Shown piece after piece: positions 12,603 to 23,897 of a stretch of 64,000 nucleotides of DNA. The translations under genes and the position numbers were made by a program. The DNA is taken from NCBI GenBank assembly GCA_964234715.1, contig OZ174277.1; one strand, given 5' to 3'. The stretch is from Podarcis melisellensis (taxonomy: Eukaryota). Numbering within the stretch: the stretch's first letter is position 1; every line of letters begins with the position of its first letter. Below the pieces are notes generated by a model that saw only the letters and a program-made list of their open reading frames with translations, had not been told where the DNA came from and made no database searches.

Positions 12603-12836
12603 GGGATGTTAGGGGAGGGGGGTCATACCTCTGGCGGGGGACACGTCGTGCGCCTTCTGGGGTAGTTTGTCAATCTTTGGTCCCCACCCTGCACTCAGCT
12701 CTCACCTGTGGCTCCTAGAACCTGTCAGCATGAGACAGCAGCAACACCCTGGGAACAGCTTTGACTGGCTGGCTAAACCAGGTGAGGATAGCCATGGGGT
12801 CTCAAACACTCAGTGAGTTAGGAATTGCCCCTGCAT
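12603..12836 (+). mobile_element. 5' region of a non-LTR element (Vingi/RTE-like), copy 1, with HDV-like ribozyme fold
   Basis: Homologous to 58142-58350 from the same 5' boundary; P1/P2/P3/P1.1/P4 and GCTAA can be assigned. Family name from memory. Confidence 0.6.
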
Positions 12837-13065
12837 TCCCCTGTCTGAGTCAAGATAATGCAACTGTATATTGGTACTTCTGGGGCTCATGTTTTAATCT
12901 GTTTATATTCCTTAAATGGAATCTTGGGGAATGTATTCTGTGTGGTGAGTGGCATTCTACCATGGAGAATTCTCAGTAGCACCACAAAAGTTTAATTTTA
13001 AATTCCTTGGGGAAAGCTATGAATTAGAAAGCAGTTAACTTTAAAGGTTTGCTATTCATATATAT

Positions 13066-13431
13066 GAGGGACGCGGGTGGCACTGTGGGTAAAACCTCAG
13101 TGCCTAGGACTTGCCGATCGTATGGTCGGCGGTTCGAATCCCAGCGGCGGGGTGAGCTCCCGTCATTCGGTCCCAGCTCCTGCCCACCTAGCAGTTCGAA
13201 AGCACCCCTAAGTGCAAGTAGATAAATAGGTACCGCTTTATAGCAGGAAGGAAACGGTGTTTCCATGTGCTGCGCTGGTGCTGGCTCACCAGATGCAGCT
13301 TGTCACGCTGGCCACATGACCCGGAAGTGTCCTAGGACGGTGCCGGCTCACGGCCTCTAGAGCGAGATGAGCAAGCAATCCCAGAGTCAGACACGACTGG
13401 CCCGTACGGGCAGGGGTACCTTTACCTTTAC
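13066..13431 (+). mobile_element. Full-length Sauria SINE with 14-bp TSD
   Basis: tRNA-like head (gggacgcgggtggc...ggttcgaatcc), ACCTTT tail, TSD ctattcatatatat at 13052-13065 and 13432-13445. Confidence 0.93.
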
Positions 13432-14525
13432 CTATTCATATATATCCTAAATAAACTGTGTCAAAATTAAATTATTTTAATCCCACAGCACTTGAATTCT
13501 GTTTGATTTGAAGAAGGCACAATTTCTTTCTTAGGGATGGTTATTCAGCTGTCACCACAGTATGTTTGAAACTTTCAAGATATCTGGCCACAATAATGGT
13601 ACCAGACTTGTCCTCCTTCCTATTTCCCCCCCCAAAAACCTATCCAATCATGCTTCCTTTTGTTCTTTGAACTTCCCTGAGGTTCCTCTATTGAGTCACT
13701 GGCTCAGGCATGTAACTCTGACCTCAAACCACAAAAGCAGCAGCAAATACTCAATGCTCCCAGCTGGAGCCATCAGCTTTTACAAGAGAGGCAGAGCTGC
13801 TGCCCTGAAGGAATGCCCCTTGTTGGTTTATGGGGAACAGCCTGCCACAGCAGTATGTCATATTGGTCTCATTGCAGAGCATCACACAGGATGCTGTATT
13901 TGCTGAACACATATTTGCTGTACAAAGATGTAACGACATGTGATAGCATGTGTCTCACCCTTTTATCAGGGCAACTCTGCTTGCTTATTCGGACCTAGGA
14001 TTTAGCCTTGGAACCAATTAAGTTATTGATAAAGAGGACAGTATCCTGTTTCCTATTGGGAATGTTTTCCTAATTATTCCTTCTTTTGTTATAAGGTTAT
14101 ATTATAAAGCAAGGTATATGTGTTTTTGTGTAATAGTTATAAAGTGGCACACCTACCAATATTGCTTGCTGGTTCTATGTCAAGTTAAAAATTAAAAATG
14201 CTTTAGCTAAATTTATTTGCCCAGGTTGACCAGTTTCAGAATGGTGCAATACAATTCTCAGCTAGGGCGACTTCTGTGACTTTAGCATCATCCTGATACA
14301 ATTTTAATTGTTTCAGGATTGCGTTTTTATTGTTGTGAACTACCTTAGAGGCAGAAGATGGCCTATAAATGTATTTCCTTATGTCCGATAATATATTCAA
14401 ATATATGAATATTTTTGAATATTCAAATATTTGAATATTTTACTATATTTTTGGTTTTGGTTTTTATGGAAGCCGCCCAGAGTGGCTGGGGAGGCCGAGC
14501 CAGATGGGCGGGGTATAAATAATAA

Positions 14526-14526
<1 letters not shown>

Positions 14527-14567
<41 letters not shown>
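14527..14567. repeat. (ATT)n microsatellite (LINE tail)
   Basis: Direct reading; follows an L2-like 3' end. Confidence 0.9.
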
Positions 14568-17500
14568 TGAAAATGATCCCTGTTTATGAGGACTTTGAGT
14601 CTCAGGACTGCCTATCTATATGATGAGGTTTTAGCAAAATGAATGCCAAGTTATTTCCCATTCATCGTACATAATCACAGCATCTTCTTTTGAGATTAAC
14701 CTTCTCTTTTGGAGATATTGCAGTCACCTAGCACTGGATGTACTGTATATTGTGCATGAGAAAACACTGCATTCCTCAAGGTTGTTCATCCTATTCCTAT
14801 TTCTGGTCTATTCATTAGCAATTTGACAGCCTGTGTTATCACAAGCCAACAACAAAGCAATACAGTAAAATTATTAATAAACAGAAGAGTAAAAACATGC
14901 AATGCCCTGAAAGCCAGAGTTTACATACTATGACAAAATAAATAAGATTCTGAGCATGAGCATATTTAATTCTTCGGTTCCTCAGTGACTGAGCATTCCC
15001 CTTCTCCAAATCCACAGTACTGGAGTGCTCTTTCAGCTCCATCCTTTTGTCAAATGTTACTTTTAATTTTTATTTATTTGAGTTTACATGCTGGTTATGC
15101 ACTTCCCTGTTGGGCTAAGTCTGCACTTGAAACAATAATTCAGCCCCATTCAAGACCCACATTTTAGATTGAGATGAGACCTGGTGCTTTAAAATGTTAC
15201 CTTTGAGCATCTTTGTGCAGCAAGAATCACGCACAAAGATGGCAGTGCCAAAATTGATCACAGAGTTATGATCAGGCCGCACACGATGAACTTGTAGCCA
15301 CATTTTGTAGATAGCATGCCCATGCATGAGTCTTAAGTCTTGTTGAAATATATGCTGCAAATGTCATATTAACTGCAGTGCTATTTTGTATAATTAAAAA
15401 TAATGATTACTGAGAATGTGCCAGGGTACTACTGTAAAATACTATTCATGTAGCAATGCATTTATCACATAATGTACACCAATTACCACATTATTCTCCT
15501 CTGATGAATCCTTGCCAATATAAGAAAAAAAGGATTTGTTTATTACTGAGTGGATTGTTATTCCCTTACTCACATTGGTGACTCCTGATTCTAGTTACTA
15601 ATTAACTGAGTAATTGCACACCAGTGTGCTTCCAGGATATAAAGCCTACTCTTATGTGCTATGGGCTTACTTTAGTGATGCAGGATGGTGCAGAAAACTT
15701 CCACTATTGTCAGATAGTTATGGAAATTTATGCACAGGAAGACTGACCACAAAATCCTTAACACCACATTTAGAAAAACAATTATGCCATCTTTGATTTT
15801 CACATCAAACACCACTTGGCCAGATGCTATGTGTAAACATGGAAGGAAGACTCAGGATCTGCCTTGTTGAGAAAAGTGCTTTCTTTCAATCTGTCTTTGG
15901 AAAGGGCAGGCCAGGAATCTTGCCTCAGAATGGTACTCTTACTTCACTCCTTTAGTCAGAAAGAGAACCTTTGTTCTCCTTACTAGAATTCAGCTAGTCA
16001 GAATATTGGAAACAGATTCACAACCTCAGTCATTTCACCTCCTTTACTCTTCCAGTGCACTCCATTGCTATAGGGTAGCGCAGGGATGGGGGAGGTCCTC
16101 TGATCCTTCAGACTTTATGGGACTTCAACTCCCATCAGCCCCAGTCAGTATGGCCTATAATCAGGGATGATGGGATTTGGTAGTCCAGCAACACCTAGAT
16201 GGCCACAGGTTCCCCATCCTTGGTACACAGTTCAGTGAAGAGTGTGCTTAGGGTGTGCTGAAGCCCACTGAAATCAATAATCTCAAACAGGCCTAACTCT
16301 ATGTTGAATCATGGTCATTGAGTTGAATCTCACAACCAGTTGCAAGGGAATTTGTGTAAGGGGAATCTTCATATCCCTCCTTCAGGCCACAGCAGCTAAT
16401 AACATTTTCTCTGAAAAGTTCATATCAATGCATTTTAAACTCCCAAGTGACTCATTTGATTAGCATCTTTCTTATGCTTCATTTAAACAAGGGGGGAAAT
16501 ACTGAATATATGAAATGAACAAATACCAGAATATGGATATAAATATTCTGCCATTCAAATACCCATTGAGTCTGTACAGTTTGGATTACGGACTGCAGTT
16601 GAAATCAGACAGATTAGCAATTATATTTTCCCTTCTCAAGTATATAGGAGGATTTCAGCATTTTGGTTAATGTAACTAAACACCCTCTGGATGTGTACGT
16701 TTGCCAATAAAACAAAACAAAAAGCCCTGAGATTTTCTCTTCCTGATCTCTAAATCAAAAATTAATCCCATTTAAATATTATTTTTGCAAAACAAATGTG
16801 TATCTGGGCTAGAAACCAAATTTTAACCCAATGAGATTTGAAGCTGCTCAGGAAATAAACCTTAGGAAAAGAAACTCAACTCCATAGGATTTATCACAGT
16901 AACACTAAAGTAATGAGCATATGCTATGTATTGCAGTAGCTCAGTTATAATGCCTGGACAGCCAAACAAGATCTTCATACCAGCTTTGCTGCCTTCTATT
17001 CTGTATTAAATAGGTAGATATTTCCCCCTGGACTTATGTAAAATTCATGAGGTGTGGATTTAGTATTGACATGGAACACTGGAAAGGAAGTGATTGACGC
17101 TGTAGGGGGAGAGCACAATCTGAACTATAATTTGGCCATTTTTCTATCTTCATTCATTCCAGATATAAACTATATACATTTTGCCTGCTTCAAAGACATT
17201 ATGAGGCCGATGACAGATACTGAGACCCACTGGTGCCAAACTGTGGATCCCAGCAATTATGACACCAAGGTCACACACAAAAAGCACATTTGTGCTCCAC
17301 AGGAGATATCAGGATTCAGACATCTTGGGCCAATAAACAAATGGTTTACTGGACTGGAAGTGAGTTGTGTTACTATATTTCCTTGACTTTCCCTTTCTCT
17401 TGTCCCTTCATGCATTTGGCTTCAGCTATTTCCTGGTTCTTTAAGCCATGGTCTCCTGCAATGTTTGAACTGGCCAGAACAGAGGTGTGGAGACCGTTGT

Positions 17501-17884
17501 CTCATTTTGTGAATGGAAGCTCCTACCATTAATGGAATGAAAAATTAGGACCCAAGGCTATGAATCTACAAAGATTCACATTAAGGCTGCAGTCCTGTAC
17601 ACACTACTGGCATCCTACTGAAGACAATGGGTGTGATTAAACTAAGCTGTTGTGTGTGCAGAACTGTCCACTCATTAAATGGGACTTCTCCCTTCTTCTC
17701 CACATGCACTGCGTGCCCCTTAAATTTGCTATGGGGGTTATGGGGACCCCCCTCAGAACAGGCTTAGGGGGTACATGGGGAGGAGCAAGGCCATAGCTAG
17801 GGGTTGTGAGGTGGACCCCCACCAGGGGTGCAGGCGATGCCCCCCCCAAAAAAAAATTGGCTGAAAAATATGTCCATAAATATA

Positions 17885-18124
17885 CAGTGGTACCTCGGGT
17901 TAAGTACTTAATTCATTCTGGAGGTCCGTTCTTAACCTGAAACTGTTCTTAACCTGAAGCACCACTTTAGCTAATGGGTCCTCCAGTTGCTGCCACGCCG
18001 CCGGAACACAATTTCTGTTCTCATCCTGAAGCAAAGTTCTTAACCTGAGGCAATATTTCTGGGTTAGTGGAGTCTGTAACCTGAAGTGTATGTAACCTGA
18101 AGATTGTAACCCAAGGTACCACTG
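17885..18124. mobile_element. Tc1/Mariner-type MITE
   Basis: TIR CAGTGGTACCT, TA TSD on both sides, internal (g)taacctgaa repeats. Confidence 0.9.
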
Positions 18125-19446
18125 TAAATATATCGATTATTGCCTCATAAGAAATGGTTTTAAATAGGGTGAGAATTAAATGGCATGGAAAGAGATGAAA
18201 GGAAGGGGGAGTTCTGTTGCACACATTCAAATCCTTGCGCTAATGGAACTACTTCGTTGGATAAGGTCCAGGGTAGATCCTTCAAGCCTGAAGTCTACCC
18301 ACTCTTGCTTTTAATCTATAGATTATAGGTGATGAAGATTTTTTTTGTGATTTTCTCCCAACATGTACCATGGCCTCTAGTCATGTGCTGCCTTATTAAA
18401 GTGCTTATTGCCACAGGCCTAAAATAGAAACATAAAAACTCTTCCTGGAAATTAAAAATTGTGTGTTTGCCAATGATTGGTGAAAGACTGCTGCTGCTGT
18501 TAATTTTCCCTTAAATGACAGGGATATTTAAAAATGCTACATAGGGTCACTATAAACTTTGGCAGCGTGGGCAAGCTACTAATCTTCTACATGTAGCCTT
18601 GGACAGTTGGGGTGCAGAATAAGCAATAAATAGGCATATGCAAAAACACTGAGGACAGAAAGGACAATGTATTTCATTTCCATATACTTTATCAAAGACT
18701 TTCTGTACACAGGATCTTCCTTCTCCCCATAGCCTGGGCACTCCATACTTCCATGGCATAAGAAGTAGGAGTGCACAGCAGTTTCAGTGAATCCTGAGCC
18801 AAATCAGGGTGCTTTGGAGCAATTCAGAGCTTGGCCGAGCTGATATAGGATTTGTATGAGGCAACATAAACTGAAGCAGGGACCACCAGAAAAACTTCTT
18901 GATGCCTCGGCAATTTGGACCGAAAACAAGAGCAAAACAAACCAATAATCAAAAACACTGCTAAAAGCAAAAACAAACATCTCTAAGCTTATAATATCAA
19001 GAAAAGGCTGGGTGCAGCGAGGGAAAGATCTGCAGAAGGGGGCCGTACTGTTGTGAGCATAACTTGTCTTCAACAGAATTTTGTATTTAGATGCTCACCT
19101 GTTTGGGTCCCTGCTCTCTTAATGCCAAACTTCTGAAAGGTGCTTGCTCAGTAGATCTGTGGCCTGCTTTCCCAGCCTGCTGTGGCATGCTGCACTCATT
19201 TCTCATTCCTGGTTTCTGCTGCAGGAACAACTGAATGATGCTCCTGAGCATAATCACTTTGTTTGTTTTTTAAAAATGCTGCTGGTATTGAACACTGGTC
19301 ACTATCAAGTTGCAAAGTGATGTCATAAATCTTTACTCAGGTGGAAGTCCCACTGAACTAAAGGGGGCTTACTTCTGAGAAAACACACATAAGGTGGAAT
19401 TGGGCTGTCCGTGATGTTAGTCTCCTGTGCCACAAGGGAAGGAAGA

Positions 19447-19745
19447 AGGGCTGTAGTTCAATGGTAGAGCATCTGCCTTCCACATCCCCGGTTCAAACTG
19501 CAGAATCACTTGGTGTACCTGGGAAAGATCCCTGCTATGAACCATAGAAAGCTGCTGCCCCTCAATGTAATCCAGGGTTTCCCAAACTTGGGTTTTTGGA
19601 GTACAACTCCCATGACCCCAGTGGTCAGGGATGATGGGAATTGTAGTCCAAAAACAGCTGGAGACCCAAGTTTGGGGAAACCCTGAGTAGACTATGCTGA
19701 GCTAAATGGACCATCAACTTGATTTGGTATAAGACAACTTCCTAC
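19447..19745 (+). mobile_element. tRNA-derived squamate SINE (Squam3-like) carrying a nested hAT MITE (19573-19685)
   Basis: Head gggctgtagttcaatggtagagcat...ggttcaa, tail ctgagctaaatggacc...gtataagacaacttcct. Other copies at ~30199-30352 (-) and ~35845-35972 (+). Confidence 0.7.
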
Positions 19746-19990
19746 AAAAATCTCAGACACTTGCTTATAGTTCTCAGAACCAGTCCCAACACAAACATGG
19801 TATTAACATACTAATACTAGTAAAACAACTAAATATTAATACAAAATAGTAAGCATGATTCTTTCCCCATATCCTTAAGAGTCTCCAACAAAGCCAATGG
19901 TATGAGGTCTTTGCATTATGAAGCCCTGGTTTATTCCTCTGCAACACAAGGTAGAAATGTAGCTGAAATGGGTAGGTGCAAGATTTAGAC

Positions 19991-20126
19991 CAGTGTTTTC
20001 CAAACTTGGATCTCCAACTGTTTTTGAACTGCAGTTCCCATTATCCCTGACCACTGGCTCTGCTAACTAAGGATAATGGGAGTTGAAGTCCAAAACCAGC
20101 TGGAGAGGTAAATTTGGGAAACACTA
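19991..20126. mobile_element. Palindromic hAT-type MITE
   Basis: cagtgttttccaaact...atttgggaaacacta; perfect 8-bp TSD atttagac. Related copies near 5010-5125, 16081-16222, 19573-19685, 50515-50600 and 62757-62880. Confidence 0.85.
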
Positions 20127-22802
20127 ATTTAGACTAATCACATATTAATTAGAATTATAAAATAATTTAAGTGCATGACATGGATAACAACACTAAAGAG
20201 AATCAGCCACAGCCATAAATCAAGTATCAATTGAGCTACATAATACTAAAATGCTGTTTCCAACTAGGAGTGCCTCATCTAGCCCATCAACACCAAGTTT
20301 AAAGAATGTGCTTCTAGAAAGTATTGAGGCTCTATCTTGGGGGTGTCTCCAAGATACGAAATTCCCACATTTGTGAAGTTGACTTTCTACATGTGCTTGT
20401 GGAGTGGAGTGGACTTGTAAACTCAATGCATTCAAAAGATTGTTCTTGAAGATCGTGATGGAAAATAAGTCACATAGCAGTCTTTAACTGATCAAGATAT
20501 GCTGAGCAGTGAATTCCTTTCCCCTGCCACCTGAGAAGGATTCTGACTGGATGTTTGCAACTCTTTTATGATCCTTTATGATCCTTCACGCTACACCAAA
20601 AGAAGACGAAAAAAAGAGCTACAGCTGGAGCAAGGAAACAAACCCACAACCCGTTGATTGAAGTGCTCAGTGACAGACTGAGAAGGATATGAATGGCTAT
20701 ATTTGAAAGCTCCTTCATCTCTGTGGAATACCCTAAATCTGCCAAATTTTTTGACTATCAACTGCCACATTTAGTTCAAAACATCCATCAAAGGACTGTG
20801 CAACAATGTATTCAGTGCTGCGAGAAAGCAATCCATTACACTGCTAAATGGCTCTGTATTTAACATTTGCACAGGCATAACTGCTTAAGATGCTATGATA
20901 ATCACCAAATGACAACAGCATGATCAGTGTCACATCAGGTTTTGGCTTTAGGGTCGAAACAGACGCAACAGGAAGGTCTCTGATCAGATCTCCTGGCTGC
21001 CATCCCCACTTTGAGGCAGCTGTGAGGGCTGCTAATTTGATCAGGGAAAGAGTACTGGGGTAGGAGGGTTACTACTCTCTTCAAAACCATTTCCATGATC
21101 TACATCTACTCCCAAACCTCCTGTTAGACCCATGTGGAGAAATGCAGATACTAGCACCAAGCCTCTAGTTTTCAAAAGGCAAATAAAAGAAAAAAGGAGG
21201 TGATCCTCAAACAGGTGTAAAGAATAAATGAATTTTTATTAAGTTGTCCAATGCAGTTTGAGAAAATCTTCATCAGGAGTGATGCCTGTAACTTATCCTA
21301 GAACCAAAAATGAATATTGTGCTGGTCTGGATACTTTGGAAGGACATTTCTGTCCCAGCACATCAAATTAGAAGTATGTTGAGCAAATTAATAAAGCTTA
21401 CATCTGTCTTAGGCAGCTGGATGAGGGTCACCTCATTTTGATGTTGCTTTCCTCTATCTTCTACTTTCACAATACAGCATTGTGGGGTGGTTTAGAGCAG
21501 AGAAAGTGCATTTGGGTGGGAGCCCTAACACCACTCCCAGCATTGCTTTCTGGTCAAATTCGCAGTCTTTCGGCTATGCTGAAGTAAAGACAACATATTA
21601 GAAGATTCAATCACAGATATCCCGCATTGCATCTGTTTGGGCCATTTGTTCCAACACAACTTGGTGTTTATTTTTCAACAAGACTGGAGCTAACTTCTAA
21701 CAACAACAACAACAACAATTTTATTATTTCTATGCCACCCATCTGACTGGGTTGCCCCAGCCACTCTGGGCAGCTCCCCCCAAAATATTAAAAATATAAA
21801 AATACCCATACTTAGGCTTGCGCACTAAAACTGAACATGTAAAAAGTCTACACTTCAATGGGGATCAGTCTCTGTGCAGAAGTAACCAAACTGCACTCTT
21901 TCTTGTTGTGCAAGCAATTGACATTCTCCTGCATTCTCCTGATACATAGTGGTTTGTGAGAGTGCCATAAAAATGCAGAATGCAATTAATTTATATTAGG
22001 TTACTTTCTTCGGAATTATATTTAGATTACTTAATATATGGAGTTTATTATCCTGAATAAATTTTCCAGAGCACTCAATAATGATGAATATAGAATAGTT
22101 ATTGAGGAAGGCAGAGGGGAGTCATCATCTCTGAGACCTGCCCTCCTACCTAGCTAGGTGGTGGTGCCACCTGATGATTAAGGACAAGTCACTTCTCCAA
22201 AACTGACTGCAAAAATTAGAGGATTCTTACCAAAGAACATGGCAGCAAACCCAAAATCAAAAACAAGCTCACACACCAGAAAACAAAAATCCATTATAGG
22301 CCATAACAGGCCTATAAAAACAAACTAGCGCACATCAACTGGATTGCATGCCTGTAAAACAGAACTAAAAACCGTAAGTTATATAGAGGGAGAAATTATA
22401 AGAATGCATCTCAGGGAGCCTAACCCACATATTCCTGTTGTTCAGAAAGAAGCATGGCTTCAATGAACACCTGTGGTGGTAGGCTGCCCTCAAGGACATG
22501 AATTAACAAGAATGATAACATTCCCACTTTCTCTGAGGAAAGGTAAGAGAACAATCATCCTCTGAGATGAATAATGGCAAGTCTGCTCACAGGGAGGTAG
22601 CTCAGGGAAAGATGGAGATAGTGTCCAGCACTTTCAGAGATGCTGATGAAATTTCACAGAGTTTGTGCTACCCAACCTATACTCCCTTGTCACATATGAC
22701 TTTGGGAGCCCTCTCACCCTCTGAAGGAATAACTGCTGAAGAGGACAGTGCTGCAATATAACATGTTAAGTGGAGGAGGACAAAGATGAAGGAGGGGACT
22801 TG

Positions 22803-23010
22803 AGCCAATGTGGTGCAGTTGATAAGGTGTTGGACTAGGATGTGGGAAAACAGGGTTCAAATCCCCATTGAGCCATAAAGTTAATTGGGTGACCTTAGGC
22901 CAGTGACTATTCTTCAGCCTAACCTATCTCAGAGGGTTGTTGTGAGCATCAAATGGGGAGGAGGAGAACCATGCACACTGCCTTCTGGGTGAAAGGCAGG
23001 ATGTCAATGT
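22803..23010 (+). mobile_element. MIR-like CORE SINE
   Basis: tRNA-like A/B boxes followed by CORE-like gggtgaccttaggccagtgact...agggttgttgtgag. Confidence 0.7.
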
Positions 23011-23489
23011 GGCAAATAAGTGGGGGAAGCCCACCATCTTGAGCTAAAAGGGGGAAAATGCATAACAAGTAGTGAGATTGTGAAAGGGGAGAGTTAATTT
23101 GAAGCTGGCTGTATGAAAACAACAACAGCAACAACAAAGGGAGACCTGCAAGAAAAGGTAGTAGTATAATCCCGCCCCTAAGAGGAATGTCCATATTCAG
23201 GGCTTGCAGGGCATGGGGACGTTTCAGGAAGCAGGAAAGGAAAAAAGGAAACCCTTTTCTTTCCTGCTCTCTGAAAGTCTTTCCTTATTATAGGTAAAGG
23301 TAAAGGGACCCCTGACCATTAGGTCCAGTCGTGGCCGACTCTAGGGTTGCGGCGCTTATCTTGCTTTATTGGCCAAGGAAGCTGGCGTACAGCTTTTGGG
23401 TCATGTGGCCAGCATGACTAAGCCACTTCTGGTGAACCAGAGCAGCGCACGGAGACGCTGTTTACCTTCCCGCCGGAGCAGTACCTATT

Positions 23490-23897
23490 TGTGATGGGAC
23501 GATGAGCTGCTTGTGCGTAAAATGCAAGTCCCTCAGAGTTTGATCAGGTTTTCAAACCTCTGCCTGTGACGGAGCCCCTCCAGCATGGCTGCGTCAATCA
23601 CTAGTAGAATCCGAAAGTGGCTGCTTTCGGAATCGTTTCCAACATAAAAGCTCCTTAACGGAAACACGTCGTCTGGCCTCTCGGCGTGACAGTTTCCGTC
23701 GAGGTGTGGGTGTCCCTATAGGAGGTCCTGAGACCTCCCCACTGTTTTCGCTGGAAGCGTCTCTGAGCCATCCCTCCGACTCACTTTCCCTTGGAGTTCT
23801 TGCTCGCCCTCTACTGGTTCCCTCTTCCGCTGCTACTCCTCTCTCAACCTCAGTGAGCCTTTGCGCCTCCGGCGCTTGAGATGGCAGTTCCCTGACA
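23490..23897 (-). repeat. 3' LTR (408 bp)
   Basis: TGTCAGG...CATCACA on the minus strand, preceded by a polypurine tract. Confidence 0.97.

Noticed and set aside
19447-19505. tRNA gene (also heads at ~13070, ~22810, ~50140)
   Set aside because: Degenerate cloverleaf continuing into SINE bodies; SINE heads, not tRNAs.
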